The notes under the pieces are model-generated. The model did no database searches and was not told the origin of the DNA. It worked only from the letters and a program-made list of their open reading frames with translations. From an uncultured Piscirickettsiaceae bacterium (GTDB lineage Bacteria > Pseudomonadota > Gammaproteobacteria > GCF-002020875), in contig CAYFNH010000001.1 of the NCBI GenBank assembly GCA_964344435.1, positions 5,303 through 69,302 of the forward strand: a stretch of 64,000 bases of DNA, in the 5' to 3' direction. Positions within the stretch are counted from its first letter, which is position 1; the number at the start of each line of letters is the position of its first letter. Shown here piece after piece: positions 43,673-53,606 of the stretch. Position numbers and translations under genes: made by a program.

Positions 43673-46312
43673 TTACGTCTTTCTGGTGGAAGACTTTTTC
43701 CTGGCTGCCTTTTTCTTTACAGCCTTCTTCTTGACTGCCCTCTTTTTCGGGGCGGCCTTCTTTCTGGCTGCTGCCGTGGCAGCCCGCTTCTCGGCGGCAC
43801 GAATGGCTGCGGCACCATTGGCCGAGATCAGTCGAATTGACTTGCCTGCATTCTCCAACGCCTCAACGATCTCCAGCGCCTTCGCCTCCTTGCCCTCTTT
43901 CACCTTGAGGGTGGCATTGGGTGGCCCCTCCACTTCACGCAAAAGGGTAAAACCTCCTCCATGAAACTGCTTGGAGAGGCGCTTGCGCTCCTTCTCACTG
44001 GCATCAAGCAACTCCTGACACTGCTCCAGTGTCAAGGTGGCGGGATCGGTATCGGCAGGCGGCTTGACGTTCTTGAAACCGTTGGTAATAAATGGGCCCC
44101 AACGCCCATCCAGCACCTGAATCGGTGAGCCCTCGAACAGGCGAATCTCCTTCTCCTGATCACTCGCCTTCTTCTGCTCGACAAATTCGATTGCCCGCTC
44201 CAGCTCGATGGTGTGCGGATCTTCCGGTTCAATCGATACATTCTGTGCCAGCAAATCGATCCCCTTGACCGGGTTGGCCTCCAGGTGATCACGCACCAGC
44301 TCATCGACAAAACCGGCATAGGGGCCAAAACGGCCGGTATTGACCATCACGGCCTCTCCATCCGGCGTGCTTCCCAGCTGACGCGGCAACTCGAACAGAG
44401 GCAGCACCTCTTCCAGGGTCACCGTATCCTTGCGCTGGTCGGGGCGCAGTCCGGCAAACAGTGGCTTCTCTTCATCGTCACGGGTACCGATCTGGGCATA
44501 GGAGCCGAAGCGGCCAATCTTGACACTGACCGGCCGCCCCGTTTTGGGATCGACACCAAGATGACGAGTCTGGGAGGCCTCCTCACGGGAGATATCCGCC
44601 GCCCCCTCTACATCCTTGTGGAACGGCTCATAGAAGCGCTCCAGCATGTCACGCCACTCCAGCTTGCCCAACGCAATCTCGTCGAACTCTCCCTCCACCC
44701 GGGCGGTGAAGTTGTAATCAATAATCTCGGAGAAGTATTTGACCAGGAAGTCGGTCACCACCCCGGCAATATCCTGCGGAATCAGCTTGCCCTTGTCGGA
44801 ACCGGTCATCTCCACCCGGTCTTCCCGCTCGATGGCCTGCCCCTGCAGGGCAAGAATGCGGATGGTACGCTCGCGCCCCTCCTGTTCACCCCGGCTCACA
44901 TAGCCACGATTCTGGATGGTGGAAATAGTGGGTGCATAGGTGGATGGGCGCCCAATCCCCAACTCTTCGAGCTTCTTCACCAGACTCGCCTCGGTATAGC
45001 GGGCGGGGGGGCGGGTAAAGGACTCCTGCGCACGCATCTCGGCAAGATCCAGCGTCTCTCCCTCGCTGATATTGGGCAGACGCCTGGCATCCTCCTTGCC
45101 CCGATCCTGATAGACCTTGAGAAACCCCTCAAAGGTGAGAATCTCACCCTTTGCCACCAACGGCTCCTCTACCGTGGAGATGTCGATGGTGGCGGTGGTA
45201 CGCTCGAAACGGGCATCGGACATTTGTGATGCAATGGTGCGTTGCCAGATCAACTCATACAGGCGCTGCTCGTTTTTCTCTCCTGTGGTAGTGGGCTTGC
45301 CGAGGTCGGTGGGGCGAATCGCCTCATGGGCCTCCTGGGCACCGGCCGACTTGGTCTTGTAGTGGCGCTGGTGTGCATATTCACTACCATACCTTGACTG
45401 GATCACCTCTTCGGCCTGCGCATGGGCAAGCTCGGAGAGGTTGACCGAATCAGTACGCATATAGGTGATCTTGCCCGCCTCGTACAGGCGCTGAGCCACC
45501 ACCATGGTCTGTCGTACCGAGAAGCCAAGACGCTGTGAGGCCTCCTGCTGCAGGGTTGAAGTGGTGAATGGTGGCCGCGGGGAGCGGCTGGCCGGCCGCT
45601 TCTCAATCTTGCGAATGGTGTAGTCGGCCCCCTGAACCCGCCTGAGGAAATCCTCGGCATCCTCTATCCCCTGACGATCCTTCGCCAGTTTGGCCTCGAA
45701 CCGGGCTCCCTCCCGGTTGGTGAGCTGCGCGCTCACCTTGAAGGAGGAGACCGCCTCGAAGTTTTCTATCTCACGCTCGCGCTCCACCACCAGGCGCACC
45801 GCCACCGACTGAACCCGCCCTGCCGAGAGACCGGTCTGAATCTTTTTCCACAACACGGGCGAGAGCTCAAATCCGACCAGTCGATCCAGAATACGACGGG
45901 CCTGCTGTCCATTCACCAGATCGCGGTTGATGGCACGGGGGCTCTCGATTGCCGCCAGAATGGCCGGCTTGGTAATCTCGTGAAAGACAATGCGCTGACT
46001 ATTGGTTTGATCCAGCCCCAGCACCTGCTCCAGATGCCAGGCGATGGCCTCTCCTTCGCGGTCCTCGTCCGATGCGAGCCAGACCATCTCGGCCTTTTTG
46101 CTGGCACGCTTGAGCTCATTGATCACCTTGGTCTTGTCTTCACTCACCTCATAGGTGGGCTCGAAGTTGTTTTCGATATCGACCGCCATCCCCTTGCCGG
46201 GCAGATCACGCACATGACCATAACTCGACATCACCGAGAACTCGGCACCGAGAAACTTCTCAATGGTCTTGGCCTTGGCCGGGGACTCTACAATAACCAG
46301 ATTCTTACTCAC
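43673..46312 (-). CDS. topA: DNA topoisomerase I, with a C-terminal Lys/Ala-rich basic tail
   Basis: MSKNLVIVESPAKAKTIEKFLG (GTG start at 46312, AAGG Shine-Dalgarno), Toprim and Top1A domains. The C-terminus reads ...AARKKAAPKKRAVKKKAVKKKAARKK. Confidence 0.92.
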   Translation of the reverse strand: MSKNLVIVESPAKAKTIEKFLGAEFSVMSSYGHVRDLPGKGMAVDIENNFEPTYEVSEDKTKVINELKRASKKAEMVWLASDEDREGEAIAWHLEQVLGLDQTNSQRIVFHEITKPAILAAIESPRAINRDLVNGQQARRILDRLVGFELSPVLWKKIQTGLSAGRVQSVAVRLVVEREREIENFEAVSSFKVSAQLTNREGARFEAKLAKDRQGIEDAEDFLRRVQGADYTIRKIEKRPASRSPRPPFTTSTLQQEASQRLGFSVRQTMVVAQRLYEAGKITYMRTDSVNLSELAHAQAEEVIQSRYGSEYAHQRHYKTKSAGAQEAHEAIRPTDLGKPTTTGEKNEQRLYELIWQRTIASQMSDARFERTTATIDISTVEEPLVAKGEILTFEGFLKVYQDRGKEDARRLPNISEGETLDLAEMRAQESFTRPPARYTEASLVKKLEELGIGRPSTYAPTISTIQNRGYVSRGEQEGRERTIRILALQGQAIEREDRVEMTGSDKGKLIPQDIAGVVTDFLVKYFSEIIDYNFTARVEGEFDEIALGKLEWRDMLERFYEPFHKDVEGAADISREEASQTRHLGVDPKTGRPVSVKIGRFGSYAQIGTRDDEEKPLFAGLRPDQRKDTVTLEEVLPLFELPRQLGSTPDGEAVMVNTGRFGPYAGFVDELVRDHLEANPVKGIDLLAQNVSIEPEDPHTIELERAIEFVEQKKASDQEKEIRLFEGSPIQVLDGRWGPFITNGFKNVKPPADTDPATLTLEQCQELLDASEKERKRLSKQFHGGGFTLLREVEGPPNATLKVKEGKEAKALEIVEALENAGKSIRLISANGAAAIRAAEKRAATAAARKKAAPKKRAVKKKAVKKKAARKKSSTRKT

Positions 46313-46345
46313 GGCTACAACCTTGTATCGACACAACTCAATCCA

Positions 46346-46807
46346 TCAGTGGATCGAATCGGGAAGTCCTTCATAAACGTAATCTTCCATCCAGGCGTAG
46401 GAGGATTCGGCTCCAGGCTGATTGAAAAGCACCATCAACACCACCCACTTGAGCTGCTCGAGATCAAAATCCTCCCCCTGCAGCGCCATCACCCGGTCAA
46501 TAACCGCCTCACGGGCCTCACCATTAAGGATGCCGGCCTGCTCCAGATAGAGCAATAACCCCTGCCCCTCAATATCGATCATCTCTGTTTCGGTGCTGGT
46601 GTAGATACGGAATGGGCGCTGTACGGGGCTGCTCTGAACCTCACCCTTGAGACCGGAGAGCCCCTCCAGCCAGTTGAAGGCACGATCGATCTGCTGTTCG
46701 GTAAACCCGGCGCGCAGCAGCTCCTCCTGCAGTTGTGCAGGGGCCGTGGGCCTGTCCACCTGGTCATGGACATAGTTCTCAAACAGATACATCAGTACAT
46801 CGAGCAT
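46346..46807 (-). CDS. smg: Smg protein (DUF494)
   Basis: MLDVLMYLFENYVHDQVD... It lies between dprA and topA, as in enterobacteria. Confidence 0.85.
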   Translation of the reverse strand: MLDVLMYLFENYVHDQVDRPTAPAQLQEELLRAGFTEQQIDRAFNWLEGLSGLKGEVQSSPVQRPFRIYTSTETEMIDIEGQGLLLYLEQAGILNGEAREAVIDRVMALQGEDFDLEQLKWVVLMVLFNQPGAESSYAWMEDYVYEGLPDSIH

Positions 46808-46846
46808 AAATAATTATCGGTAGCCCCGTTATCGATCAAAACAGAC

Positions 46847-47986
46847 TCAAACCTTGCGCTGAACCCGTCCTCCAGGGAGTGAAACCAGCGCACCCTCAAT
46901 TTCAAGGCGCATAATCATCGAGGAAACTGCCTCTGCCGTCAATCCGGAAAGTGCCACCAATTGATCAATAAGGATCGCCTCATAGCCCATCTGCTCCAAC
47001 AAGAGGGCCTCCGGCGACCCCTCATCCGCCACCAATACACCACTAACCGACTGATCTGAATCCTCTTCCACCAGAGAGAGCTGCTCTTTCAGCAGGGTAA
47101 TCATGCCACCAAGCTCCTCGACGATATCCTCCGTGGTCTCCACCAGTTTTGCCCCCTGGCGAATCAGTTGATGGTTGCCTCGCGCCAACGGATTGTGGAT
47201 GGAGCCGGGAATGGCAAATACCTCACGCCCCTGCTCCATCGCCAGGCGCGCGGTAATCAGTGAGCCACTCTTCTTAGCCGCCTGTACCACCAGTGTGCCC
47301 AGCGCCAGCCCACTGATAATGCGATTGCGCCGGGGAAAATGGGCCGGGTGCGGCTCGGTGCCAATCGGGAACTCCGATACCATCGCCCCCGACTCCACGA
47401 TCTGGTGGGCCAGCTCCCGGTTTCTGGCCGGATAGACCCGATCCAGCCCGGTACCGGTCACCGCAATGGTGGCTCCCGTCTCCAGCGCCCCCCGGTGTGA
47501 CTCGGTATCCACCCCCAGCGCCAGTCCACTGGTCACCGTCATACCGGCTCGCGCCAGACGGCGGGCAAAGTCGCGGGCATTTTCACGCCCCTGTGGATCG
47601 GGATTGCGGCTGCCTACCATCGCCAACTGCGGAAACGAGAGCCGATCCACATCCCCACGCACATAGAGCAGAGGGGGAGGATCACTGATCTCTCTCAACA
47701 ACGGGGGATAGTGCTCATCCTCCAGCGTCACTATATGGGCCCGATCCTCCTCCAGCCAACGCAGATCACGCTCGATGGTCGCCATCCAGTGCGACTCCCC
47801 CTGTTGCAGAAACTCGAGCGCCTGCGGCTTGAGCAGGCCACTCTGACGCAGGGTGGCCAAACTGCTACGGACAACCTCGACGGCGGAGCCAAACTGCTGC
47901 AGCAACTTGCCACAGGTGAGCGCCCCCACCGAGGGGGTATGCCGCAATATCAGCCAGGCATCGATCTTATCCATTGCTTTGCTCAC
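46847..47986 (-). CDS. dprA: DNA processing protein A (Smf)
   Basis: A Rossmann-like DprA core (GSRNPDPQGRENARDFARRLARAGMTVTSGLALGVD). The gene is divergent from def. Confidence 0.9.
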   Translation of the reverse strand: MSKAMDKIDAWLILRHTPSVGALTCGKLLQQFGSAVEVVRSSLATLRQSGLLKPQALEFLQQGESHWMATIERDLRWLEEDRAHIVTLEDEHYPPLLREISDPPPLLYVRGDVDRLSFPQLAMVGSRNPDPQGRENARDFARRLARAGMTVTSGLALGVDTESHRGALETGATIAVTGTGLDRVYPARNRELAHQIVESGAMVSEFPIGTEPHPAHFPRRNRIISGLALGTLVVQAAKKSGSLITARLAMEQGREVFAIPGSIHNPLARGNHQLIRQGAKLVETTEDIVEELGGMITLLKEQLSLVEEDSDQSVSGVLVADEGSPEALLLEQMGYEAILIDQLVALSGLTAEAVSSMIMRLEIEGALVSLPGGRVQRKV

Positions 47987-48062
47987 ATTTCATCCGGATT
48001 AAGATACCATTGTCCATGAAAAAAATTCCAACAGGAATGAAGGTACTGATAGATAAAATATT

Positions 48063-48566
48063 ATGGCGTTACTGGAAATTTTGAAACATCCCGACCCCCG
48101 GCTGCGCAACAAGAGTGTTGCCGTCAACGAAGTGAATGACGAGGTACGCAGCGTTGTCGACAACATGTTGGAGACCATGTACGCCGCACCCGGCATCGGC
48201 CTGGCCTCGATTCAGGTCAACGAGCCACGCAGTATTGTGGTGATCGATGTCTCCGAGGAGAAGGATCAGCCGCTATGTCTGATCAACCCGAAAATCACCT
48301 GGAGTAGCGGTGAAGATGAGTATGAGGAGGGGTGTCTCTCGGTTCCCGGTATCTTCGAGACGGTCACCCGGGCCGAGCAGGTGACGGTGGAGGCACTGGA
48401 TCGCCAGGGAACCCCCTTTGAGTTGCAGGCCGAAGGGCTGTTGGCAATCTGCATCCAGCACGAACTGGAACATCTGCAGGGCAAGCTCTTCGTTGACAAG
48501 CTGACCCGCCTCAAACAACAGCGCATCCGCAAGAAGCTGGAAAAGCAGGCAAAGGAGACCATGTGA
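48063..48566 (+). CDS. def: peptide deformylase
   Basis: [17 protein letters not shown] and HELEHLQG motifs. Confidence 0.95.
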   Translation: MALLEILKHPDPRLRNKSVAVNEVNDEVRSVVDNMLETMYAAPGIGLASIQVNEPRSIVVIDVSEEKDQPLCLINPKITWSSGEDEYEEGCLSVPGIFETVTRAEQVTVEALDRQGTPFELQAEGLLAICIQHELEHLQGKLFVDKLTRLKQQRIRKKLEKQAKETM

Positions 48567-49510
48567 AAATCATCTTTGCAGGCACGCCTGACTTTTCCGT
48601 AGCGGCCCTGAACGCACTGCTCGAATCCGAGCATGAGGTCATTGCGGTCTATACCCAGCCGGACCGACCTGCCGGTCGAGGCCGTAAACTGAAGGCGAGC
48701 CCGGTCAAACAGCGTGCCCTGGAGGCCGAGATCCCGGTTTATCAGCCACTCACGCTGAAGGAGCACGAGACCCAACAGCAACTGCAGGATCTCAACGCCG
48801 ATCTGATGGTGGTGGTCGCCTACGGCCTGATCCTTCCCAAGGCAGTCCTGGAGGCACCTCGCCACGGCTGCCTCAACATTCACGCCTCGTTGCTACCACG
48901 CTGGCGTGGGGCTGCCCCGATCCAGCGCGCGATACATGCCGGGGATGCGGAGAGTGGTGTTACCATCATGCAGATGGACGAGGGGCTGGATACCGGCGAC
49001 ATGCTCTACAAGATCAGCACCCCGATTAGCTCCGCAGACAATGCCCAGACCCTGCACGACCGGCTTGCCTCTCTGGGGGCTGAGGCCCTGCTGGAGACGA
49101 TTGATCAGATCAGTACCAGCAACGTTAACGCGGAACCACAAAATGAGGCCTCGGTGACCTACGCCGAAAAGCTCAACAAGGCAGAGGCTACCATCAACTG
49201 GGAGCAGCCCGCTCTCACTCTGCTCCACCAGATTAACGCCTTCAACCCCTGGCCCGTGGCCCAGAGCGAATGGGCAGGGGAGGTGGTACGTATCCGCCGT
49301 GCCGCGCTCTGCAACCAGACCACCGGGCAGGAGGCGACCCCGGGCCAGAGTGTCGCGGTAACGGCCGAGGGGATCGATATCGCCACCGGTGAGGGGGTAC
49401 TGCGCATTCTGGAGCTGCAGCTACCCGGCAAGCGTTCGATGGCGGTGGCTGACTTTCTCAATGCACGCCCTCAGCTCAAACAGAGCGGTATCCGCTTCAC
49501 CCCCTGCTGA
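48563..49510 (+). CDS. fmt: methionyl-tRNA formyltransferase
   Basis: [40 protein letters not shown]... with [15 protein letters not shown]. Confidence 0.95.
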   Translation: MKIIFAGTPDFSVAALNALLESEHEVIAVYTQPDRPAGRGRKLKASPVKQRALEAEIPVYQPLTLKEHETQQQLQDLNADLMVVVAYGLILPKAVLEAPRHGCLNIHASLLPRWRGAAPIQRAIHAGDAESGVTIMQMDEGLDTGDMLYKISTPISSADNAQTLHDRLASLGAEALLETIDQISTSNVNAEPQNEASVTYAEKLNKAEATINWEQPALTLLHQINAFNPWPVAQSEWAGEVVRIRRAALCNQTTGQEATPGQSVAVTAEGIDIATGEGVLRILELQLPGKRSMAVADFLNARPQLKQSGIRFTPC

Positions 49511-50820
49511 TGAGCAGTCAATGGACGCCACGGGCCGCTGCCGCCAAGGCCGTAGCCGGTGTATTGGGGCAACACCGCTCCCTTTCCGCCACACTGCCAC
49601 AGGCGACCCATACACTGGAGCCGGCAGATCGTGCGCTGGCCCAGGAGATCAGCTACGGCGTTTTGCGCCACTTCCACGAACTGGAGGGGTATACCCGGAT
49701 ACTGCTTGACAAGCCATTCAAGCGCGGAGATGCAGACCTCCAGGCCCTGCTTCTGGGGGGGCTCTACCAGCTGCTCTATATGCGTATGCCAGACCATGCC
49801 GCCCTGGCGGAGACTGTAGAGGCGGTCAACCGGCTGAAAAAGGGGTGGGCAAAAGGGGTGATCAACGCTGTCCTGCGCCGCTTTCAGCGTGAGGCTGAAC
49901 AGCTTACCCAGGCCCCCAAGAAGCGCCTGGAGGAGAAGAACAACCACCCCGACTGGATGGTGCAGCGGCTGCGAGACGACTGGCCCGACCAGTGGCGCAC
50001 GGTGCTGGAGCAGAATCAGTTACGGCCACCAATGACGCTGCGGGTCAATCTGCAACGGACTACGCGTGAGGCCTATCTACAACAGCTGCAACAACAGGGC
50101 ATTGAGGCCAGCCCCTCTCCCACTACGGCAACTGCGATTACCCTGAACAAGGGGGTTGCGATCAACCAGCTGCCCGGCTTTGAGCAAGGAATGGTCTCGG
50201 TTCAGGATGAGGCCCCCCAACAGAGCGCCACACTACTCGACCCCCAGGCAGGAGAGCGGATTCTCGATGCCTGTGCCGCCCCCGGAGGCAAAAGCACCCA
50301 TCTACTCGAGCTGCAGCCCGAACTGGCCGAGCTGGTCGCGCTGGATCATGACCCGGAGCGGCTGCAGCGGGTAGAGGAGAATCTGCAGCGTGCCGGGATG
50401 CAGGCCACCCTGATCCCGGGAGATGCCGCACAGCGGCAGTGGTGGGATGGCACGCTGTTTGATCGCATCCTGCTGGATGCCCCCTGTAGTGCAAGTGGGG
50501 TGATCCGCCGCAATCCCGATATCAAGCTATTGCGACGCAAAGGGGATATCTCCAAACTGGCGGCTACCCAGTCTGCTATTCTAGACAACTGCTGGGGCCT
50601 ACTGAAACCGGGGGGAAGACTACTCTATGCAACCTGTTCCATCTTTTCCGAAGAGAATGAGAGGCCGGTTCAGCACTTTCTGCAGACCCATGCAGATGCC
50701 GAGGCGCTACCCATCGAACTTGCACAGGGGATCGCCAGCGGTGTCGGGGTACAGATTTTGCCGGGAGCCGGGGGGATGGATGGCTTCTACTACGCCCTGC
50801 TACAGAAACGGAAGCCTTGA
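49510..50820 (+). CDS. rsmB: 16S rRNA (cytosine967-C5)-methyltransferase
   Basis: An NusB-like N-terminus and a SAM-MTase with DACAAPGGKS...LDAPCSASGVIRRNPD. Confidence 0.92.
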   Translation: MSSQWTPRAAAAKAVAGVLGQHRSLSATLPQATHTLEPADRALAQEISYGVLRHFHELEGYTRILLDKPFKRGDADLQALLLGGLYQLLYMRMPDHAALAETVEAVNRLKKGWAKGVINAVLRRFQREAEQLTQAPKKRLEEKNNHPDWMVQRLRDDWPDQWRTVLEQNQLRPPMTLRVNLQRTTREAYLQQLQQQGIEASPSPTTATAITLNKGVAINQLPGFEQGMVSVQDEAPQQSATLLDPQAGERILDACAAPGGKSTHLLELQPELAELVALDHDPERLQRVEENLQRAGMQATLIPGDAAQRQWWDGTLFDRILLDAPCSASGVIRRNPDIKLLRRKGDISKLAATQSAILDNCWGLLKPGGRLLYATCSIFSEENERPVQHFLQTHADAEALPIELAQGIASGVGVQILPGAGGMDGFYYALLQKRKP

Positions 50821-51395
50821 ACCTGATGGGTAGAGAGGTTGCCACATGGCTACTGCTGGCGCTGCTTGCAGGGCCAGCGTCTGCCGACATCACTATCACC
50901 CAACCGGAGCTTTATGAGAGTGAGAGCCGTATCTGGGTGAATGCCCAGTTCCGTTACCAGCTGGATGAGGCGGTCATCAACGCGATGAAAAATGGCATTC
51001 CCCTGGTATTCCATGCCGAGTACCGCATCGAGGAGGTGAAACCATTCTGGCAGGAGAACCCCATTATCCACCAGAGCGAGCACCGCTTCATCCTCAGTTA
51101 CCGGGAGTTCACCAACCGCTACTACCTGATCAGTCTGCAGAACAAGACTCACGGTACCTACGATACCCTGGCCGCCGCACTGGAACGGATGGAGAAACGC
51201 CATACTGCGCTGGATATCGCCCAGGATCTGCTCAAACCCGGCCAAACCTATCGTGCCAGGATCCGCGCCTCTCTGGATGGTTCCGCCCTTCCCGGTCTGA
51301 TTCGCCCCTATCTCTACACCCCCTATCTATGGCCGGAGTGGAAGCTGGACAGCGGCTGGCACAACCTGCCGATCACACCACGGAAAGCGTCCTGA
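50817..51395 (+). CDS. DUF4390 domain protein (the conserved rsmB-ntrY linker gene)
   Basis: A signal peptide. Its position between rsmB and ntrY is as in beta-proteobacteria and xanthomonads. Confidence 0.65.
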   Translation: MNLMGREVATWLLLALLAGPASADITITQPELYESESRIWVNAQFRYQLDEAVINAMKNGIPLVFHAEYRIEEVKPFWQENPIIHQSEHRFILSYREFTNRYYLISLQNKTHGTYDTLAAALERMEKRHTALDIAQDLLKPGQTYRARIRASLDGSALPGLIRPYLYTPYLWPEWKLDSGWHNLPITPRKAS

Positions 51396-51398
51396 GGC

Positions 51399-53606
51399 AT
51401 GGCTCTGCAGCATCTCCTCCGACACCCCTTGAGTCTGCTGACCACGATCGCTGGCAGCATCAGCACCCTGGCCGCCTTTACCCTGCTGGCGATTGCAATC
51501 AACAACCCGGACCGAATCGGACAGCTCTTTCCCTATATTGTGGTCACCAGCACCATCGGCCTCACCATCCTCTTCTCCACCATCTCACTCAGCCTCTACC
51601 AGCTGGCCAGAAAGTTCTTCGCCGGTGAGTCCGGGGCCCGCCTGCATGCCCGCTTTGTCGGTATCTTTGTCTCTCTGGCACTGATCCCGATCCTGATCCT
51701 CTCCCTCTTCACCACACAGATTCTGGAGCAGCAGGACCGTGGTGAAGAGGAGATCCAACATGCACTGGAGGGGTCACGCGAGCTCTACAAGACCGCTCTC
51801 AACGAGAAGAAGAAACGCATCATCGAGAACCTCTATCAGTTGGGGCAGGGTCTCACCGGAGCCCCCCGCAGTATGGTCGACCTGCTGCTGGAGGAGGCCC
51901 GCGAAGAGAGCAAGGCGATGGAGCTGATCCTGTATGACATCAACGGCAAGCAGATCGGTTTCAGCAGCCTGCTCTCGGAACCGGAACTGGTACCCACACC
52001 ACTCGACAGCCTGATCGTCAATCAGGTTACAAAAGGGCTCGACTACCACAAGATTCAGGGCCACGAAGAGCTGGATCAGATCCTCCATGTGGTAATCCCT
52101 CTCCACAACCTGCGTTCAGACAGTGGCGAGAGCCGCATTCTCTCCTCTCTCTACACCATCCCCAAACAGCTGGAACTGGGACAACAGAAGATCAATGATG
52201 CGGTGATGCGCAACAAGAAGCGGCTCTATCTCGAGGATCAACGCAATACGGTACACAACATCGCCTTTGTGCTGTTGCTGTTGCTCTCCCTGCTCAGTGC
52301 ACTCTGGTTTGCATTCTATTCCACCCGCAGGCTGATTGCCCCGATCCACCAGCTGGCCAAGGGGACCAAGTCGGTAGCAGCAGGAATCTATAACCAGCCG
52401 GTCTCCAACCCCAGCCATGATGATCTCGGCTTTCTGGTGCAGTCCTTCAATGACATGATGCTCAACCTCGACCACACCCACAAAAACCTGCAGCAGAGCC
52501 AGGATCTGATCGAGCACCACAATACTCGCCTTGAGGGAATTCTCTCCCACCTCTCCTCCGGGGTCATGGTGCTGGATCCGCAACGCCGTCTGGAACGCGC
52601 CAACACCATGGCCTGCACCATTCTCGACAGCAAGATTACACCGACCCCGGGTACCCCGATCGGGGTGGTGGCCCAGAGCCATCCACTGATCACCCCCCTG
52701 GTCAATACCATACGCAGCCATATCCAGCAGAGCCATCATGAGTGGAACGACTCCCTCACCCTTACCACCTCCAAAGGGGTACGTCACCTCTTCTGTCGTG
52801 GCACCTCGCTGCTGGAACATGGGGTACTGGAGGGCTATGTCGTGGTATTTGATGACGTTACCGAGCTGGTCTCGGCACAGAAGAATGCCGCCTGGAGTGA
52901 GGTGGCCCGCAGGCTGGCGCACGAGATCAAGAACCCACTCACCCCGATCCAGCTTTCGGCAGACCGCCTGCGCCACCGCTATCTGGGCAAGATGGATGCC
53001 GAGGAGGGCAAGGTGCTGGATCGCGCCACCCACACCATCATCCAGCAGGTCGACACCCTCAAGCGCATGGTACAGGCCTTCTCCGACTATGCCAGAGCCC
53101 CAAAGATGCAACTGGCGGTACTCCAGCCCACCCCGCTGCTGGAAGAGGTGATCGAACTCTACCGGGCACAACACCCGGATCATATCCAACTGGAGATCCA
53201 TGGAGAACTGCAGGAGATCGAGGCCGATGCCGACCGGCTGCGTCAGATACTCAACAACCTGATCAAAAACGGGCTGGAGTCATGCGGAGATGGGCAGGTT
53301 GCCCATGTTGTGGTCAGTGCCAGAAATGAGGGGGGCGCCCTGCAGATCAAAATCTGCGATAATGGCAGCGGTATTGACGAGACGCTGAAATCACAGATTT
53401 TCGAGCCTTATGCCACCACCAAGCCGAAGGGAACCGGATTAGGACTGGCCATTGTGAAACGAATCATTGAAGAGCATAACGGTGAAATTGAGCTTGCGGA
53501 CAGTACCACTGGGAGCTGTTTCCGCATTCAACTGCCCAACCGTCACCAGCAGAGCAACCCCGACCAGTTGGAGATGCATCTCAATAGCGGAGAGGAGGCG
53601 GTATGA
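51399..53606 (+). CDS. ntrY: NtrY-type sensor histidine kinase
   Basis: Four N-terminal TM segments, HAMP and PAS, and the H-box AHEIKNPLTPIQLSADRL typical of NtrY. The G-box is GTGLGLAIVKRIIEEHNG. Confidence 0.88.
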   Translation: MALQHLLRHPLSLLTTIAGSISTLAAFTLLAIAINNPDRIGQLFPYIVVTSTIGLTILFSTISLSLYQLARKFFAGESGARLHARFVGIFVSLALIPILILSLFTTQILEQQDRGEEEIQHALEGSRELYKTALNEKKKRIIENLYQLGQGLTGAPRSMVDLLLEEAREESKAMELILYDINGKQIGFSSLLSEPELVPTPLDSLIVNQVTKGLDYHKIQGHEELDQILHVVIPLHNLRSDSGESRILSSLYTIPKQLELGQQKINDAVMRNKKRLYLEDQRNTVHNIAFVLLLLLSLLSALWFAFYSTRRLIAPIHQLAKGTKSVAAGIYNQPVSNPSHDDLGFLVQSFNDMMLNLDHTHKNLQQSQDLIEHHNTRLEGILSHLSSGVMVLDPQRRLERANTMACTILDSKITPTPGTPIGVVAQSHPLITPLVNTIRSHIQQSHHEWNDSLTLTTSKGVRHLFCRGTSLLEHGVLEGYVVVFDDVTELVSAQKNAAWSEVARRLAHEIKNPLTPIQLSADRLRHRYLGKMDAEEGKVLDRATHTIIQQVDTLKRMVQAFSDYARAPKMQLAVLQPTPLLEEVIELYRAQHPDHIQLEIHGELQEIEADADRLRQILNNLIKNGLESCGDGQVAHVVVSARNEGGALQIKICDNGSGIDETLKSQIFEPYATTKPKGTGLGLAIVKRIIEEHNGEIELADSTTGSCFRIQLPNRHQQSNPDQLEMHLNSGEEAV

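Noticed and set aside
52116-53201. 361-aa - ORF
   Set aside because: It is antisense to ntrY.
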